Source: Bacteroidia bacterium
Lineage (GTDB): Bacteria; Bacteroidota; Bacteroidia; NS11-12g; UBA9320
Assembly: GCA_965216465.1 (NCBI GenBank)
Contig: CBDCFW010000005.1
Span: forward strand, 32,001-96,000
Direction: 5' to 3'
DNA: 64,000 bases
Under the pieces are notes generated by a model. That model ran no database searches and had not been told where the DNA came from. It was given only the letters and a program-made list of their open reading frames with translations. Below, piece by piece: positions 10,349 through 19,654 of the stretch (position 1 is the first letter of the stretch; each line of letters opens with the position of its first letter). Made by a program: the position numbers and the translations under genes.

Positions 10349-10453
10349 TGGTTTATCAGCTCGTAAAACCAATGAGAAATAAAAAATAAAAGGCAGTATA
10401 TGCTGTCTCTTATTGCTTTTTTTCCCGAAAGCTCAATAAGTTAAATGTTAAAA

Positions 10454-10590
10454 GCAGGTCTTCTGACTTCGTTTCTAGATTAAAACCCTTCCCGTTAAAA
10501 ACAGTGGTTAAAAGACTATTAATCAATAGCAAAACATTACAGCTGCGGGTACAGTGGAGGAATTTCACCTCGCTTCCCTTACGCAATTAA
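10454..10590 (-). ncRNA. Cobalamin (B12) riboswitch
   Basis: Minus strand reads AAGGGAA..GGTGAAATTCC..ACTGTACCCGCAGCTGTAA...CCACTG...GGGAAGG...AAGTCAGAAGACCTGC (B12 box). Confidence 0.95.
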
Positions 10591-10595
10591 CGATG

Positions 10596-10603
10596 CAAAT
10601 ATA
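10596..10603 (-). promoter_or_regulatory. Bacteroidota sigma-A -7 element for the B12 operon
   Basis: TATATTTG on the minus strand immediately upstream of the riboswitch. Confidence 0.75.
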
Positions 10604-10662
10604 GGCAAGACTTGAAGCTAAAATTAAGAGGTTGTTCACATTTTTTACTTTAGAGATTAAAA

Positions 10663-10670
10663 TATATTTG
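10663..10670 (+). promoter_or_regulatory. Bacteroidota -7 element for efp
   Basis: TATATTTG 6 nt before the efp ATG. Confidence 0.7.
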
Positions 10671-10676
10671 CAGCAC

Positions 10677-11237
10677 ATGGCAACCACACAAGATTTATCA
10701 AGAGGTATGTTTATTCGTTTCAACGGGCAGCTTTGCCAAGTTGTAGACTATCAACACACCATGCCTGGAAAAGGTGGAGCCTTCTACCAGGTAAAAATGA
10801 AGAATGCAATTACTGGCAAATCAATGGACCACCGATTTAGAAGCGGAGAAAACATTGATGATGTGCGTATAGATCAAGTCGACATGCAATATTTATACAA
10901 AGATGGAGACAACTTGATGTTAATGAATACTGAAACCTATGAGCAGCTTGGAATTCCTGAATCAATGCTTGGTGATCAGATGAAGTTCATTAAAGAAGAA
11001 ATGATTTTAAGTGTTTACCTCGACGATGGTAACCCGATTATGGCCGATGCTCCAAATCATGTTGTTTTAGAAATCACATATTCAGAGCCGGGTGTTAAAG
11101 GCGATACTGCGAACAATCCCCTAAAGCCAGCAACATTAGAAACTGGAGCTGTTGTAAACGTTCCGCTTTTTGTTGAAACAGGCGAAAAAATAAAAGTAGA
11201 TACCCGAACCGGCGACTACGTTGAGCGAGCCAAATAA
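10677..11237 (+). CDS. efp: Elongation factor P
   Basis: PGKG loop, PGVKGDTA, KPATLETG, VPLFV, DTRTGDYVERA. Confidence 0.97.
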   Translation: MATTQDLSRGMFIRFNGQLCQVVDYQHTMPGKGGAFYQVKMKNAITGKSMDHRFRSGENIDDVRIDQVDMQYLYKDGDNLMLMNTETYEQLGIPESMLGDQMKFIKEEMILSVYLDDGNPIMADAPNHVVLEITYSEPGVKGDTANNPLKPATLETGAVVNVPLFVETGEKIKVDTRTGDYVERAK

Positions 11238-11253
11238 TCAAAAATTACAAACC

Positions 11254-11283
11254 AAAAAAGGAGGTCGATCGACCTCCTTTTTT
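11254..11283. terminator. Bidirectional intrinsic terminator (perfect 30-bp palindrome)
   Basis: AAAAAAGGAGGTCGA-TCGACCTCCTTTTTT between convergent genes. Confidence 0.9.
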
Positions 11284-11305
11284 GTTATAACTTTTCCTGT
11301 ATTCC

Positions 11306-11878
11306 TTACAAAATACTTATTAGGTATAAGATTAACAGGATTAACAATATCGTGGTAATTATCGATTTCAAAGGAGAAGGTAATAGTGACAACACCAATG
11401 AAATTAAAATGATAATTAAAATAATAATTAGCAACGAACGAACTAAGCTATCGTCATCTGTGTCGGTTGACTTATCAATACTATTCATCACATCCTTTGG
11501 TGACTTAATCATCTTCTTTACTTGACGTTTTGTAACAGGCAACTCCAATTGCTTATCTTCATTCGTTTCGTATGCTTTTGATCTTACAGATAACTCTTTG
11601 GCAACTTCATCAATAGATTCAGTTTTTACTTCTGAATTAATAACTGTTGGAGTTTCCTCTACAACAACATCTTCCAAAGCAACGTAATCTAAAACAACTT
11701 CTTCTTTGATCTCATTGCTATTCTCAGTCTTTTGTTTGGCTGGTTTAACAACATCATCCTTTACCAAGTGAGTAGCCTTTGTTCTCCTTGTAAGATTACC
11801 ATATCGGGCTTGTGAACATGCACTGAATAGCATAATTACCATAACTGCTATTCCTAAGATTGATTTATTTATTTTCAT
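11306..11878 (-). CDS. Hypothetical lipoprotein with C-terminal hydrophobic hairpin
   Basis: Lipobox FSAC, charged linker, Leu/Ile-rich C-terminus. Confidence 0.65.
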   Translation of the reverse strand: MKINKSILGIAVMVIMLFSACSQARYGNLTRRTKATHLVKDDVVKPAKQKTENSNEIKEEVVLDYVALEDVVVEETPTVINSEVKTESIDEVAKELSVRSKAYETNEDKQLELPVTKRQVKKMIKSPKDVMNSIDKSTDTDDDSLVRSLLIIILIIILISLVLSLLPSPLKSIITTILLILLILYLISIL

Positions 11879-11902
11879 TTGTATTTAGTTTCATCAAAAA
11901 TA

Positions 11903-12787
11903 ATGAATGTTTTAGACCGTAAAAGTAATTTTCTGGCAATTGAAGAAGAAAAGTGGTACGACTATGCTACCAGTCGATGTATAATTCAGCAAATGCCTTA
12001 TGAATACACCTCTTCATATAAACATGGAAGTGCCAATGGCCCAAAAGCAATTCTCGAGAATTCACACTACGTTGAATACTATGACGCGGAATTAAAAACT
12101 GAGATTTATAAAGCGTGTGGTATTGCGAGCGTGCCGGAAGTTAAGTTTAATAATCAATTCGATGAAGAAGCCATGGAACTTATAGAAGCACGAACTGAAG
12201 CACATCTAACAAATAACAAATTTTTGGTTACACTTGGTGCCGAGCATACAATCACTTACGGAGTGTTTAAGGCATTCAAGAAAAAATATAATAACATTGG
12301 TATTCTTCAAATAGATGCTCATAGCGACCTAAGACTTTCTTATGAAGGAAACAAATGGTCTCATGCGTCTGTAATGGCCCGCATATTGGAGCTCAACCCG
12401 CAAATATTTCAAGTTGGAATTCGAGCTCAATGCATTGAAGAAGCACAACTCATACAATCGTCGGATAACATTCATACGTGGTTTGCACACGATATATGGG
12501 ATAATGAAAAATGGATGGACGAGCTTGTAGAGCAGCTTCCAGAACAGCTCTATATTACCATTGATGCCGATGGATTCGACCCAAGCGTTTGCCCAAGTGT
12601 TGGAACTGCAGAGCCTGGCGGCATGCTCTGGTACCCTACTTTGAAGTTCCTTAGAAAAGTGTTTAAAAAGTGTGATGTTAAAGGATTTGACATTGTCGAA
12701 TTAAACCCCTCGACTAAAGATGACATCACCGCTTATACCATGGCTCAGCTTTGCTATAAGCTCATCGGTTACAAATACTGTGATTAA
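11903..12787 (+). CDS. speB: Agmatinase
   Basis: GAEHTIT, DAHSD, SHAS, DADGFDP, GTAEPGG, DIVELNP ureohydrolase motifs. Confidence 0.88.
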   Translation: MNVLDRKSNFLAIEEEKWYDYATSRCIIQQMPYEYTSSYKHGSANGPKAILENSHYVEYYDAELKTEIYKACGIASVPEVKFNNQFDEEAMELIEARTEAHLTNNKFLVTLGAEHTITYGVFKAFKKKYNNIGILQIDAHSDLRLSYEGNKWSHASVMARILELNPQIFQVGIRAQCIEEAQLIQSSDNIHTWFAHDIWDNEKWMDELVEQLPEQLYITIDADGFDPSVCPSVGTAEPGGMLWYPTLKFLRKVFKKCDVKGFDIVELNPSTKDDITAYTMAQLCYKLIGYKYCD

Positions 12788-12837
12788 AACTTTTATAAAT
12801 AAAAATAGAAGAATTATAAGTTAATTTGCGACGCCTT

Positions 12838-13967
12838 ATGGAAGTATATTTCGACAACGCTGCAACAACCCCAATGGATGTAGAGGTAATCGACAAAATG
12901 TCTGAGATCATGAAAGATGTTTTTGGAAATGCGTCTGCGATTCATGCTCCTGGTAGAAGAGCCAGAGCAGTGGTTGAAATCGCAAGAAAAGAAATTGCGA
13001 AAAATCTAAACTGTGAAACTTCCGAAATTGTATTCACAGGAAGTGGAACTGAAGCGGACAACATGGCTTTACGATGTGCAATTAACGACTTGAATGTAAA
13101 ACATATCATTACAAGCGAAATTGAACATAAAGCTGTTTTAGACACGGCCAAAGAGCTCATGGCTAAAAATATGGCTGAAGTTCATTTTGTAAAAATTGAC
13201 AAAATGGGCAGGGCAGATCTTCAAGATTTAGAAAAACTTTCGAGCTCATACCCGGGTGCATTGATTAGTTTGATGCACGCCAATAACGAAATCGGAACCC
13301 TCAATAACATCCAAGAAATCAGCAAGATAGCTCGACAAAACAGCTGTTACTTCCACACCGACACTGTACAAACCATCGGACATTACCCAATGGATTTACA
13401 AGCTTTTGACGTCGATTTTATAACATGCTCAGCACATAAATTTCATGGACCCAAAGGCTGTGGATTTCTTTACAAAAACAAAGCCTAAAAATTAAGCCGA
13501 TTGTAACAGGTGGTGGTCAAGAAAGCAAAATGCGGGCAGGCACAGAGAACGTGATGGGTATCGCAGGATTAGCTAAAGCTCTTGAAGTAGCAAGCAGAAA
13601 AATAGACGATAAAATCGATTCAGTAAGTGAAATAAAACAATACTTCATTACTCAATTGAAAGACCGCATTGACGGGGTTGAATTTAATGGCGATGTAAGT
13701 AAAGAAGGAGGATTGTACACCGTTTTAAATGTTTCTCTCCCTCCTACCGATAAAGATTCAGTGCTCTTGTATCAACTTGATATGAATGGCATTGCTTCAA
13801 GCGGAGGGTCTGCATGCAACAGTGGTGCAGTTGGCGACAGCCATGTTCTTGTTGGAATAAACCATCCTACTAATCGTTCAGCCATTCGTTTTTCGTTCAG
13901 CAAGTATTCTAAAAAAGAAGAAGTTGATTACGCAATAGATGTGCTAACCGACATCTTATACAACTAA
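12838..13967 (+). pseudogene. iscS: Cysteine desulfurase (IscS/NifS family), split by a frameshift at about 13480
   Basis: YFDNAATT and SAHKFHGPKG in frame 1 (stop 13488); GGGQE..MRAGTEN and SGGSAC in the shifted frame; one extra A at 13480-13482 restores YKNKSLKIKPIVTGGGQE; could be a sequencing error. Confidence 0.8.
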
Positions 13968-14030
13968 TGCAACTTTAGTTACTCTGTTCTATCTTTGGAT
14001 GGAATATGTTCGCACTCGATTTAATTTAAC

Positions 14031-14429
14031 ATGAAAAAAATATTCACACTCGCATTGCTGACCACTATTATAGCTTGTGGTAACGCTCAAAACAATACAG
14101 AAGGAGAACAGACTCCAACAGTAAAAAATTTAGCTCAAGAAGACCTCGCAGACAAGATTGCTGACGACAGCGTGATTGTAATAGATGTGCGAACTCCCGC
14201 AGAAGTAAAACAATTCTACATCAAAGGGGCAGATATGTTTATTGATATTAATGGCGACAATTTTGAAGCCGAAATTGACAAATTAGATAAAAGCAAAACC
14301 TATGTAATGTATTGCAGAAGTGGTGGAAGAAGCGGACGTGCAGCAAACATTATGGTTAATAAAGGTTTTGAAGATGTTTACAATCTTGAAGGAGGAATAA
14401 CAGATTATAAAGGCGAGTTAGGCCGATAA
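14031..14429 (+). CDS. Rhodanese-like lipoprotein
   Basis: Lipobox IIAC; IDVRTPAE, YCRSGGRS, VYNLEGGI; TATCTTTG at 13990-13997. Confidence 0.9.
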   Translation: MKKIFTLALLTTIIACGNAQNNTEGEQTPTVKNLAQEDLADKIADDSVIVIDVRTPAEVKQFYIKGADMFIDINGDNFEAEIDKLDKSKTYVMYCRSGGRSGRAANIMVNKGFEDVYNLEGGITDYKGELGR

Positions 14430-14431
14430 GT

Positions 14432-15403
14432 TTGATAGGACCTGAAGAATACAAAAGTCCAGGTCTATACCTCTCAGCAGGTATTGCTGGATTGTCAATC
14501 GTACTCTCAAAACTAATTGGGTTCAACGATGTATTGCTTGCTCTTTTACTCGGAATCGTAGTTGGCAACTTGGTTAAGCTTCCAGAAAGCTTCAATTCAG
14601 GAATAAAAACCTCAAGTGGACGAGTGCTTGAATTGGCGATTGTTTTGATGGCTTTTAGCATCAACTACAAAAGTTTTATCGCTTTAGGATGGGAGACGAT
14701 TCTAATTATCATCGTAACTATGGCTGTGGTATTAATTGCAACAGCTCAATTGGCTAAAGTGCTTAAATGTCCTGGCAGCACAGGTTGGTTGGTGGGATTT
14801 GGTACCGCAATTTGTGGGTCTTCGGCTATTGCAGCTCTTGCACCCAGCGTTACAAAAGACAAATCAGATATGGGAATTGCCCTAGCGGTGGTCAACCTGT
14901 TTGGTCTCATCGGCATGGTTGCTATTCCTTTTATTACCGCTGAATGGCTTACTGATATTCAAAATGGCATTCTAATTGGAGCTTCGCTGCATTCTATGGG
15001 CAATGTGGCTGGTGCCGGATTTGGAATGAGTTCGAGCATTGGTGAACTTGCTGTCACAGTGAAACTAGGAAGAATCGCAATGCTAACTCCAGCTCTATTG
15101 ATTTTTCGGTCATTTTTAAAGAATAAAAGAAGTGAGGTTGATGTGCCTACCAAGCTTCCTTGGTATTTAATTGCATTTATCATTATCTCCATTTTTGCAT
15201 CTTTTGTACCGCTTCAATCCGATTTAAAAGAAATTATAAAATGGATTAGCAATTTCTTTTTGGCTACGGCAATGGCGGCAATAGGATTAAAAATGAGCTT
15301 CAAAACTTTGCTCAGTTCAGGTAAAAAGGGTCTGATTTTTGGTGGCGTTTTATTCGCCATCCAATTGGCGACAATAGCTGGATTGATGTGGGCACTTCGC
15401 TAG
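14432..15403 (+). CDS. YeiH family (putative sulfate exporter) membrane protein
   Basis: GTAICGSSAIAA, VKLGRI, AMAAIGL motifs; many TM helices. Confidence 0.88.
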   Translation: MIGPEEYKSPGLYLSAGIAGLSIVLSKLIGFNDVLLALLLGIVVGNLVKLPESFNSGIKTSSGRVLELAIVLMAFSINYKSFIALGWETILIIIVTMAVVLIATAQLAKVLKCPGSTGWLVGFGTAICGSSAIAALAPSVTKDKSDMGIALAVVNLFGLIGMVAIPFITAEWLTDIQNGILIGASLHSMGNVAGAGFGMSSSIGELAVTVKLGRIAMLTPALLIFRSFLKNKRSEVDVPTKLPWYLIAFIIISIFASFVPLQSDLKEIIKWISNFFLATAMAAIGLKMSFKTLLSSGKKGLIFGGVLFAIQLATIAGLMWALR

Positions 15404-15421
15404 AAGTTCACGAAATAACTC

Positions 15422-16546
15422 CTACTCTACCCAGTCAGCGATAAACATATTGGTTTCGTGCGTACCGCCATTATTTCGGTTGCTTGAGAAAACCAATTTG
15501 GTTCCATCAGGTGAGAACATTGGGAATGCGTCAAACACACCGTCGTAGGTAATTTGCTCAATTTCAGTACCATCTAAATTGGTCATAAAAAGGTTGAATT
15601 GAGGTCTACCACCTTCTTTAGCACTTTTATGATTAGAACTAAAGATGACCTTCTCCCCGCTTGGGTGAAAGAATGGTGCCCAGTTGGCATTGCCTAAATC
15701 TGTAATCTTCTTTAAGTCAGATCCATCAACATTACACACGTACAATTCCATGTTGGTTGGTTGAACTAAATTCTGAGCTAAAAGATCTTTGTATTCTTTT
15801 ATTTCTTCTTCGGTTTGAGGTCTTGAAGATCTAAAGATTAGCTTTTCGCCGTCTGGAGAAAAGAATGCTCCTCCATCATAACCCAACTCATGTGTAATTT
15901 GCTTCACATCGCTTCCATCGATGTTCATGGTAAACAATTCTAAATCACCTGTACGCGTAGAAGTAAATACAATTTTATCTCCTTTTGGTGAAACTGTAGC
16001 TTCTGCATCATATCCCTCACGATCTGTAAGTTTAGAAATAATGTTACCATCGAGATCTGCTACATAAATCTCAAAATCTGGGTAAATTGGCCATACATAT
16101 TTAGGTCCATGAGGAGGCTCTGGCGGACAGTTTACATCACCTTCATGCGTACTTGCATATACAATTGTGCTGTCACCTGGCATGAAGTAGCTGCAAGTTG
16201 TTCTTCCCTTCCCTGTGCTGATTAGCTTAGGAATTTCATTCTGCCATTGTTTATCAATGTCGGTTACATAAATCTGGTCGCAATCAGCACCCCATGCAGG
16301 GTTTTTTGCTTGAAATACCAGCTTAGTACCATCAAAACTGAAGTATGCTTCTGCGTTGTCTCCTCCAAATGTAATCTGTCTAATGTTCGCCAAGTGAACT
16401 TCACCTTCATAATGCAATGTATCTTTAACTTCTGTTGCCCCTGAATAACCATCTTCATGGTCATTAGCATCGTTATTTTCATTAGAGTTGTTTGAACAAC
16501 CGATAAAGGCTAACGCAGCAAGCGTTAAGATTAAGAATTTCTTCAT
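15422..16546 (-). CDS. TolB-like PD40 repeat lipoprotein
   Basis: Lipobox FIGC; repeated FSPDG / NAEAYFS / YDAEA / WAPFFHP blades. Confidence 0.85.
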   Translation of the reverse strand: MKKFLILTLAALAFIGCSNNSNENNDANDHEDGYSGATEVKDTLHYEGEVHLANIRQITFGGDNAEAYFSFDGTKLVFQAKNPAWGADCDQIYVTDIDKQWQNEIPKLISTGKGRTTCSYFMPGDSTIVYASTHEGDVNCPPEPPHGPKYVWPIYPDFEIYVADLDGNIISKLTDREGYDAEATVSPKGDKIVFTSTRTGDLELFTMNIDGSDVKQITHELGYDGGAFFSPDGEKLIFRSSRPQTEEEIKEYKDLLAQNLVQPTNMELYVCNVDGSDLKKITDLGNANWAPFFHPSGEKVIFSSNHKSAKEGGRPQFNLFMTNLDGTEIEQITYDGVFDAFPMFSPDGTKLVFSSNRNNGGTHETNMFIADWVE

Positions 16547-16560
16547 TTTTTATTTCAGTT

Positions 16561-17478
16561 CTATAATAGTTTATATTCAAATGTTGGATGACCCGAGATA
16601 CCTTTTGTGTTGTAAAAGCCCGTAAATCTAAGCTTGTAGTACAATCCACTTTGGGTTTTTATCACATACGTTAAATCTTCTTTAACCACATATGCACCAG
16701 CGTCGAGGTTGTACCATTTCCAATCCCATCCAATACCTGTTTTAATTTGCGGGTCAAAATTAATCGTATCTATGGCAGATGCATCAACCTCGTCAAAATT
16801 TTCTTGAAGTTCTACCGCTGCGCCTCCACCTGTTAAAGCACCAAACACCAGGTAGTCTGCTTCTTCGTCTGGAAAAATTACATAATCTGTATACTTTCCT
16901 AAGGCAAAATCGTATTCTTCAATCGAAGGCAATACCTTGTAGCTATTGTTCAGAAAGCTGTAGTAATGACTTCCCGGGTCAAGTACAGCAAATGTTTGAG
17001 TGGTTGACGATATTTTGGAGAAGTTAATTCGCCACATACCTTGATCGCGAATGGCATTCAGCTTATAGTAGCCCATTGATTGGTAATTTGTATCAATTCC
17101 CATTTCAACCACATAATTTTGACCACTATCAAGCAACCACATTTCTTCTTCAAAGTTTACCGTTAAGAAGTCAAAATCTAGGCCAATCGTATCCACCCTA
17201 GAGTTCCAATCATTATTAAACTTGGCTACACTCATACTTCTAAATCCGTTAAGATAAACTCCTGATTCTGTGTAGTATAAATCCCAGTCCATTGGATTTG
17301 CAGTAGCTAGTACAGTATCTTGAACCAATGAAAAAAAGTTTACTTCCAACCTGCTTACACCAGCATCAATTTCAACTGACTTATTTAGGCGTGGTTTCGG
17401 TGTGATTGGATCTTCTTTTGGAAAGCAAGATGCTAAAAAGATCAGCAAGATAAACGGTATGTTACTTCTTAAATTCAT
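16561..17478 (-). CDS. HmuY family lipoprotein
   Basis: Lipobox LASC; WDL, IGWDWKWY, YYKLRFTGFY...GHPTFEY C-terminal motif. Confidence 0.8.
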   Translation of the reverse strand: MNLRSNIPFILLIFLASCFPKEDPITPKPRLNKSVEIDAGVSRLEVNFFSLVQDTVLATANPMDWDLYYTESGVYLNGFRSMSVAKFNNDWNSRVDTIGLDFDFLTVNFEEEMWLLDSGQNYVVEMGIDTNYQSMGYYKLNAIRDQGMWRINFSKISSTTQTFAVLDPGSHYYSFLNNSYKVLPSIEEYDFALGKYTDYVIFPDEEADYLVFGALTGGGAAVELQENFDEVDASAIDTINFDPQIKTGIGWDWKWYNLDAGAYVVKEDLTYVIKTQSGLYYKLRFTGFYNTKGISGHPTFEYKLL

Positions 17479-19654
17479 ATCTCAAGCTTATAAAATATGT
17501 GGTACCTGGGCTAACAGAAACATAGGTCGTTGACGGTGTATGGGCCCCAACCTCTGTTGTACTCGAATTAATATTTACAACCCCAAACAAATTTCTTGCA
17601 CCCGCACTCACCTTTAGCTTATTCTTAAACAGCGGTTGATTTACCGTAAAATCCATCATAGAATATGCATCTTGTTGCTGTATGGTTGTTGTATTTGTAG
17701 ATGTATCAGCAAATACTCGGCTAACACTTCCAAAATAGTTGAAGAATACATTAATTGATGTATTCCATTTTTTCAGTTTAATTGAAGGTTGAATTACTGC
17801 TTGAGGAGAGAAGTTGTAATCCTTTTCTACTTCTGCAATCCCGTTGAAAATACCGGTATAGTTAAACGAAGCATTTAAAGCAAAATTCTTGTAAATCATT
17901 TTTTGGCTTACTCCCCCTCCAACAGACCTGTACAACCCAATGTTTCCATATTGTGCTTGTATAGGACCTGTTACTAAAAGTTCAATTTTGTTCTCAATTG
18001 AATTATAGAACCCATCAATGTTGGTCGAAAATTGTACTTTTTTATACTTATAGTACTTCACATATGACCCTGTAATAGAGTGTGAAGTTTCAGCCAGCAA
18101 CTCTTCGTTTCCGAATACCTCATGTCGGCTGTCGTTAAAGTCTAAGTACAATTCTTTTAATGAAGGTGCTCTAAATCCTTTACCATAAGCCAACTTAAGA
18201 ATTCTAGATTTTCTAAAGTTGAATTTAGTTTGAATCGAGTAAAGCAAGGGTGCGTCGTACGCAGAATTATGAGCATAACGAGCTCCTATTCGGGTAAGGA
18301 AGTAGCTGGTAATTTGCTTCTCAGCACTTGCAAAAAGTGCAAGATCTAACTGCTCTTGTCTTAGGTTTTTAATTCTCGGTCCTGTTCCAAACTCATAATT
18401 TCCATCAAAACCGAGCATGGTTTCAACACCTCGCTTTTCAAAGCCATAAATGGTTCGGAACACCGTTGCATTAAATGTTTGAGTATCTTGTTCTGATTCT
18501 CTGGGTATCAATGACTCTTCGAGCGTGACTAAGTCTTTATAATATTTATTCTTCGTTCGCTTAAAGTAGTTATTGCTGATAATCATCTGAATTGATGACT
18601 CTTTAATTTTGTTTTGATAACTCAAGCTGTTATCAAATCGGTTGTTCTTATATTTTTGATCAACCGCAGATTCTTCGTAGGGTAATATGGGAGTACCACG
18701 ATCAAGTAATAGTGATCTTAACACTTCGGATCTGAATGAGATTTTAGCGTCATTCTTTTGATAAGCATACTGTACTCTACCGGTATATTGCTCTTTTGGG
18801 ATCCAATCGAATGTTCTATCTACATTGTTTTGACTCCAGCCATCAAAGAACATTCTACCACCCGTAAGTGTGAAATAATGATTTTTAAAAGACTTCGAAG
18901 CTGTACCTGTTAAATTATACTGGCCATCAGTTTCGTAGTTAGAGCTCAGATTGAACCGAGGTTTCTTCGTGGCATTAGCGGTTACAATATTTATTGTTCC
19001 CGCCAAGGCGTTTGAACCATAGATTACAGACATAGGGCCTTTTATCACCTCTATTTGTTTGGTGTTTTCTAGGTTGAATTGCTCAAGATCCATTTGATTG
19101 AACATTCGTCCAATAACAGGTACTCCATCTACTAAGAACTTAACATTATCGCCTCCAACTCCCATCAATGTTAGCCCTGATGATCCTAAAGCGTTGTCTC
19201 TGCTTAGCCGAATATTGTTTTCGAAGGCAAGTGCATCACGAAGGTCAACTGCTCCCATCGCCTGAATTTTTTTAGCGTCAATCTTGGCGATGTTTAGCAC
19301 CGTATTATTAAGTGTCTTTTGTTTGTGAATGTCAGTAACAACAATCTGATCAATGACATATTCGCTTTTAAACATGCCAATGTTGTGCGTACCAGAAACA
19401 CTGCCGTTGATGGTTTTTCGATAATCTTGATAACCAGGTGCAGTGATTAGGACTTCTTTTCTTCCATCAAATTTTAGGCTTACATATCCTAGATTGGTTG
19501 AGTCTGAATGAACTTCAACGCCACTGCTCAGCTCTGCTGTAATATTTAAAGCCTTGCCAGTCTGACTGTCAAACCCAAAAATAACGGTTTGTGCCATCAT
19601 CACTGATGGCACAAACACTAAATTCAATAATATGCTAAAAAATTTCTTACTCAA
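17462..19654 (-). CDS. TonB-dependent receptor (HmuR/FepA-like)
   Basis: IEVIKGPMSVIYGSNALAGTINIVT plug, GFRAPSLKELY, GARNLF, C-terminal YEFKK. Confidence 0.9.
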   Translation of the reverse strand: MSKKFFSILLNLVFVPSVMMAQTVIFGFDSQTGKALNITAELSSGVEVHSDSTNLGYVSLKFDGRKEVLITAPGYQDYRKTINGSVSGTHNIGMFKSEYVIDQIVVTDIHKQKTLNNTVLNIAKIDAKKIQAMGAVDLRDALAFENNIRLSRDNALGSSGLTLMGVGGDNVKFLVDGVPVIGRMFNQMDLEQFNLENTKQIEVIKGPMSVIYGSNALAGTINIVTANATKKPRFNLSSNYETDGQYNLTGTASKSFKNHYFTLTGGRMFFDGWSQNNVDRTFDWIPKEQYTGRVQYAYQKNDAKISFRSEVLRSLLLDRGTPILPYEESAVDQKYKNNRFDNSLSYQNKIKESSIQMIISNNYFKRTKNKYYKDLVTLEESLIPRESEQDTQTFNATVFRTIYGFEKRGVETMLGFDGNYEFGTGPRIKNLRQEQLDLALFASAEKQITSYFLTRIGARYAHNSAYDAPLLYSIQTKFNFRKSRILKLAYGKGFRAPSLKELYLDFNDSRHEVFGNEELLAETSHSITGSYVKYYKYKKVQFSTNIDGFYNSIENKIELLVTGPIQAQYGNIGLYRSVGGGVSQKMIYKNFALNASFNYTGIFNGIAEVEKDYNFSPQAVIQPSIKLKKWNTSINVFFNYFGSVSRVFADTSTNTTTIQQQDAYSMMDFTVNQPLFKNKLKVSAGARNLFGVVNINSSTTEVGAHTPSTTYVSVSPGTTYFISLRYEFKK

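Noticed and set aside
10677-12787. Functional link between efp and agmatinase (polyamine or hypusine-like EF-P modification)
   Set aside because: Separated by a terminator and an opposite-strand gene; no deoxyhypusine synthase or other EF-P modifier in the window
15422-16546. PD40 lipoprotein as part of the heme-uptake system
   Set aside because: Co-oriented and close, but it is a widespread TolB-like family with no heme-related motif that I can see
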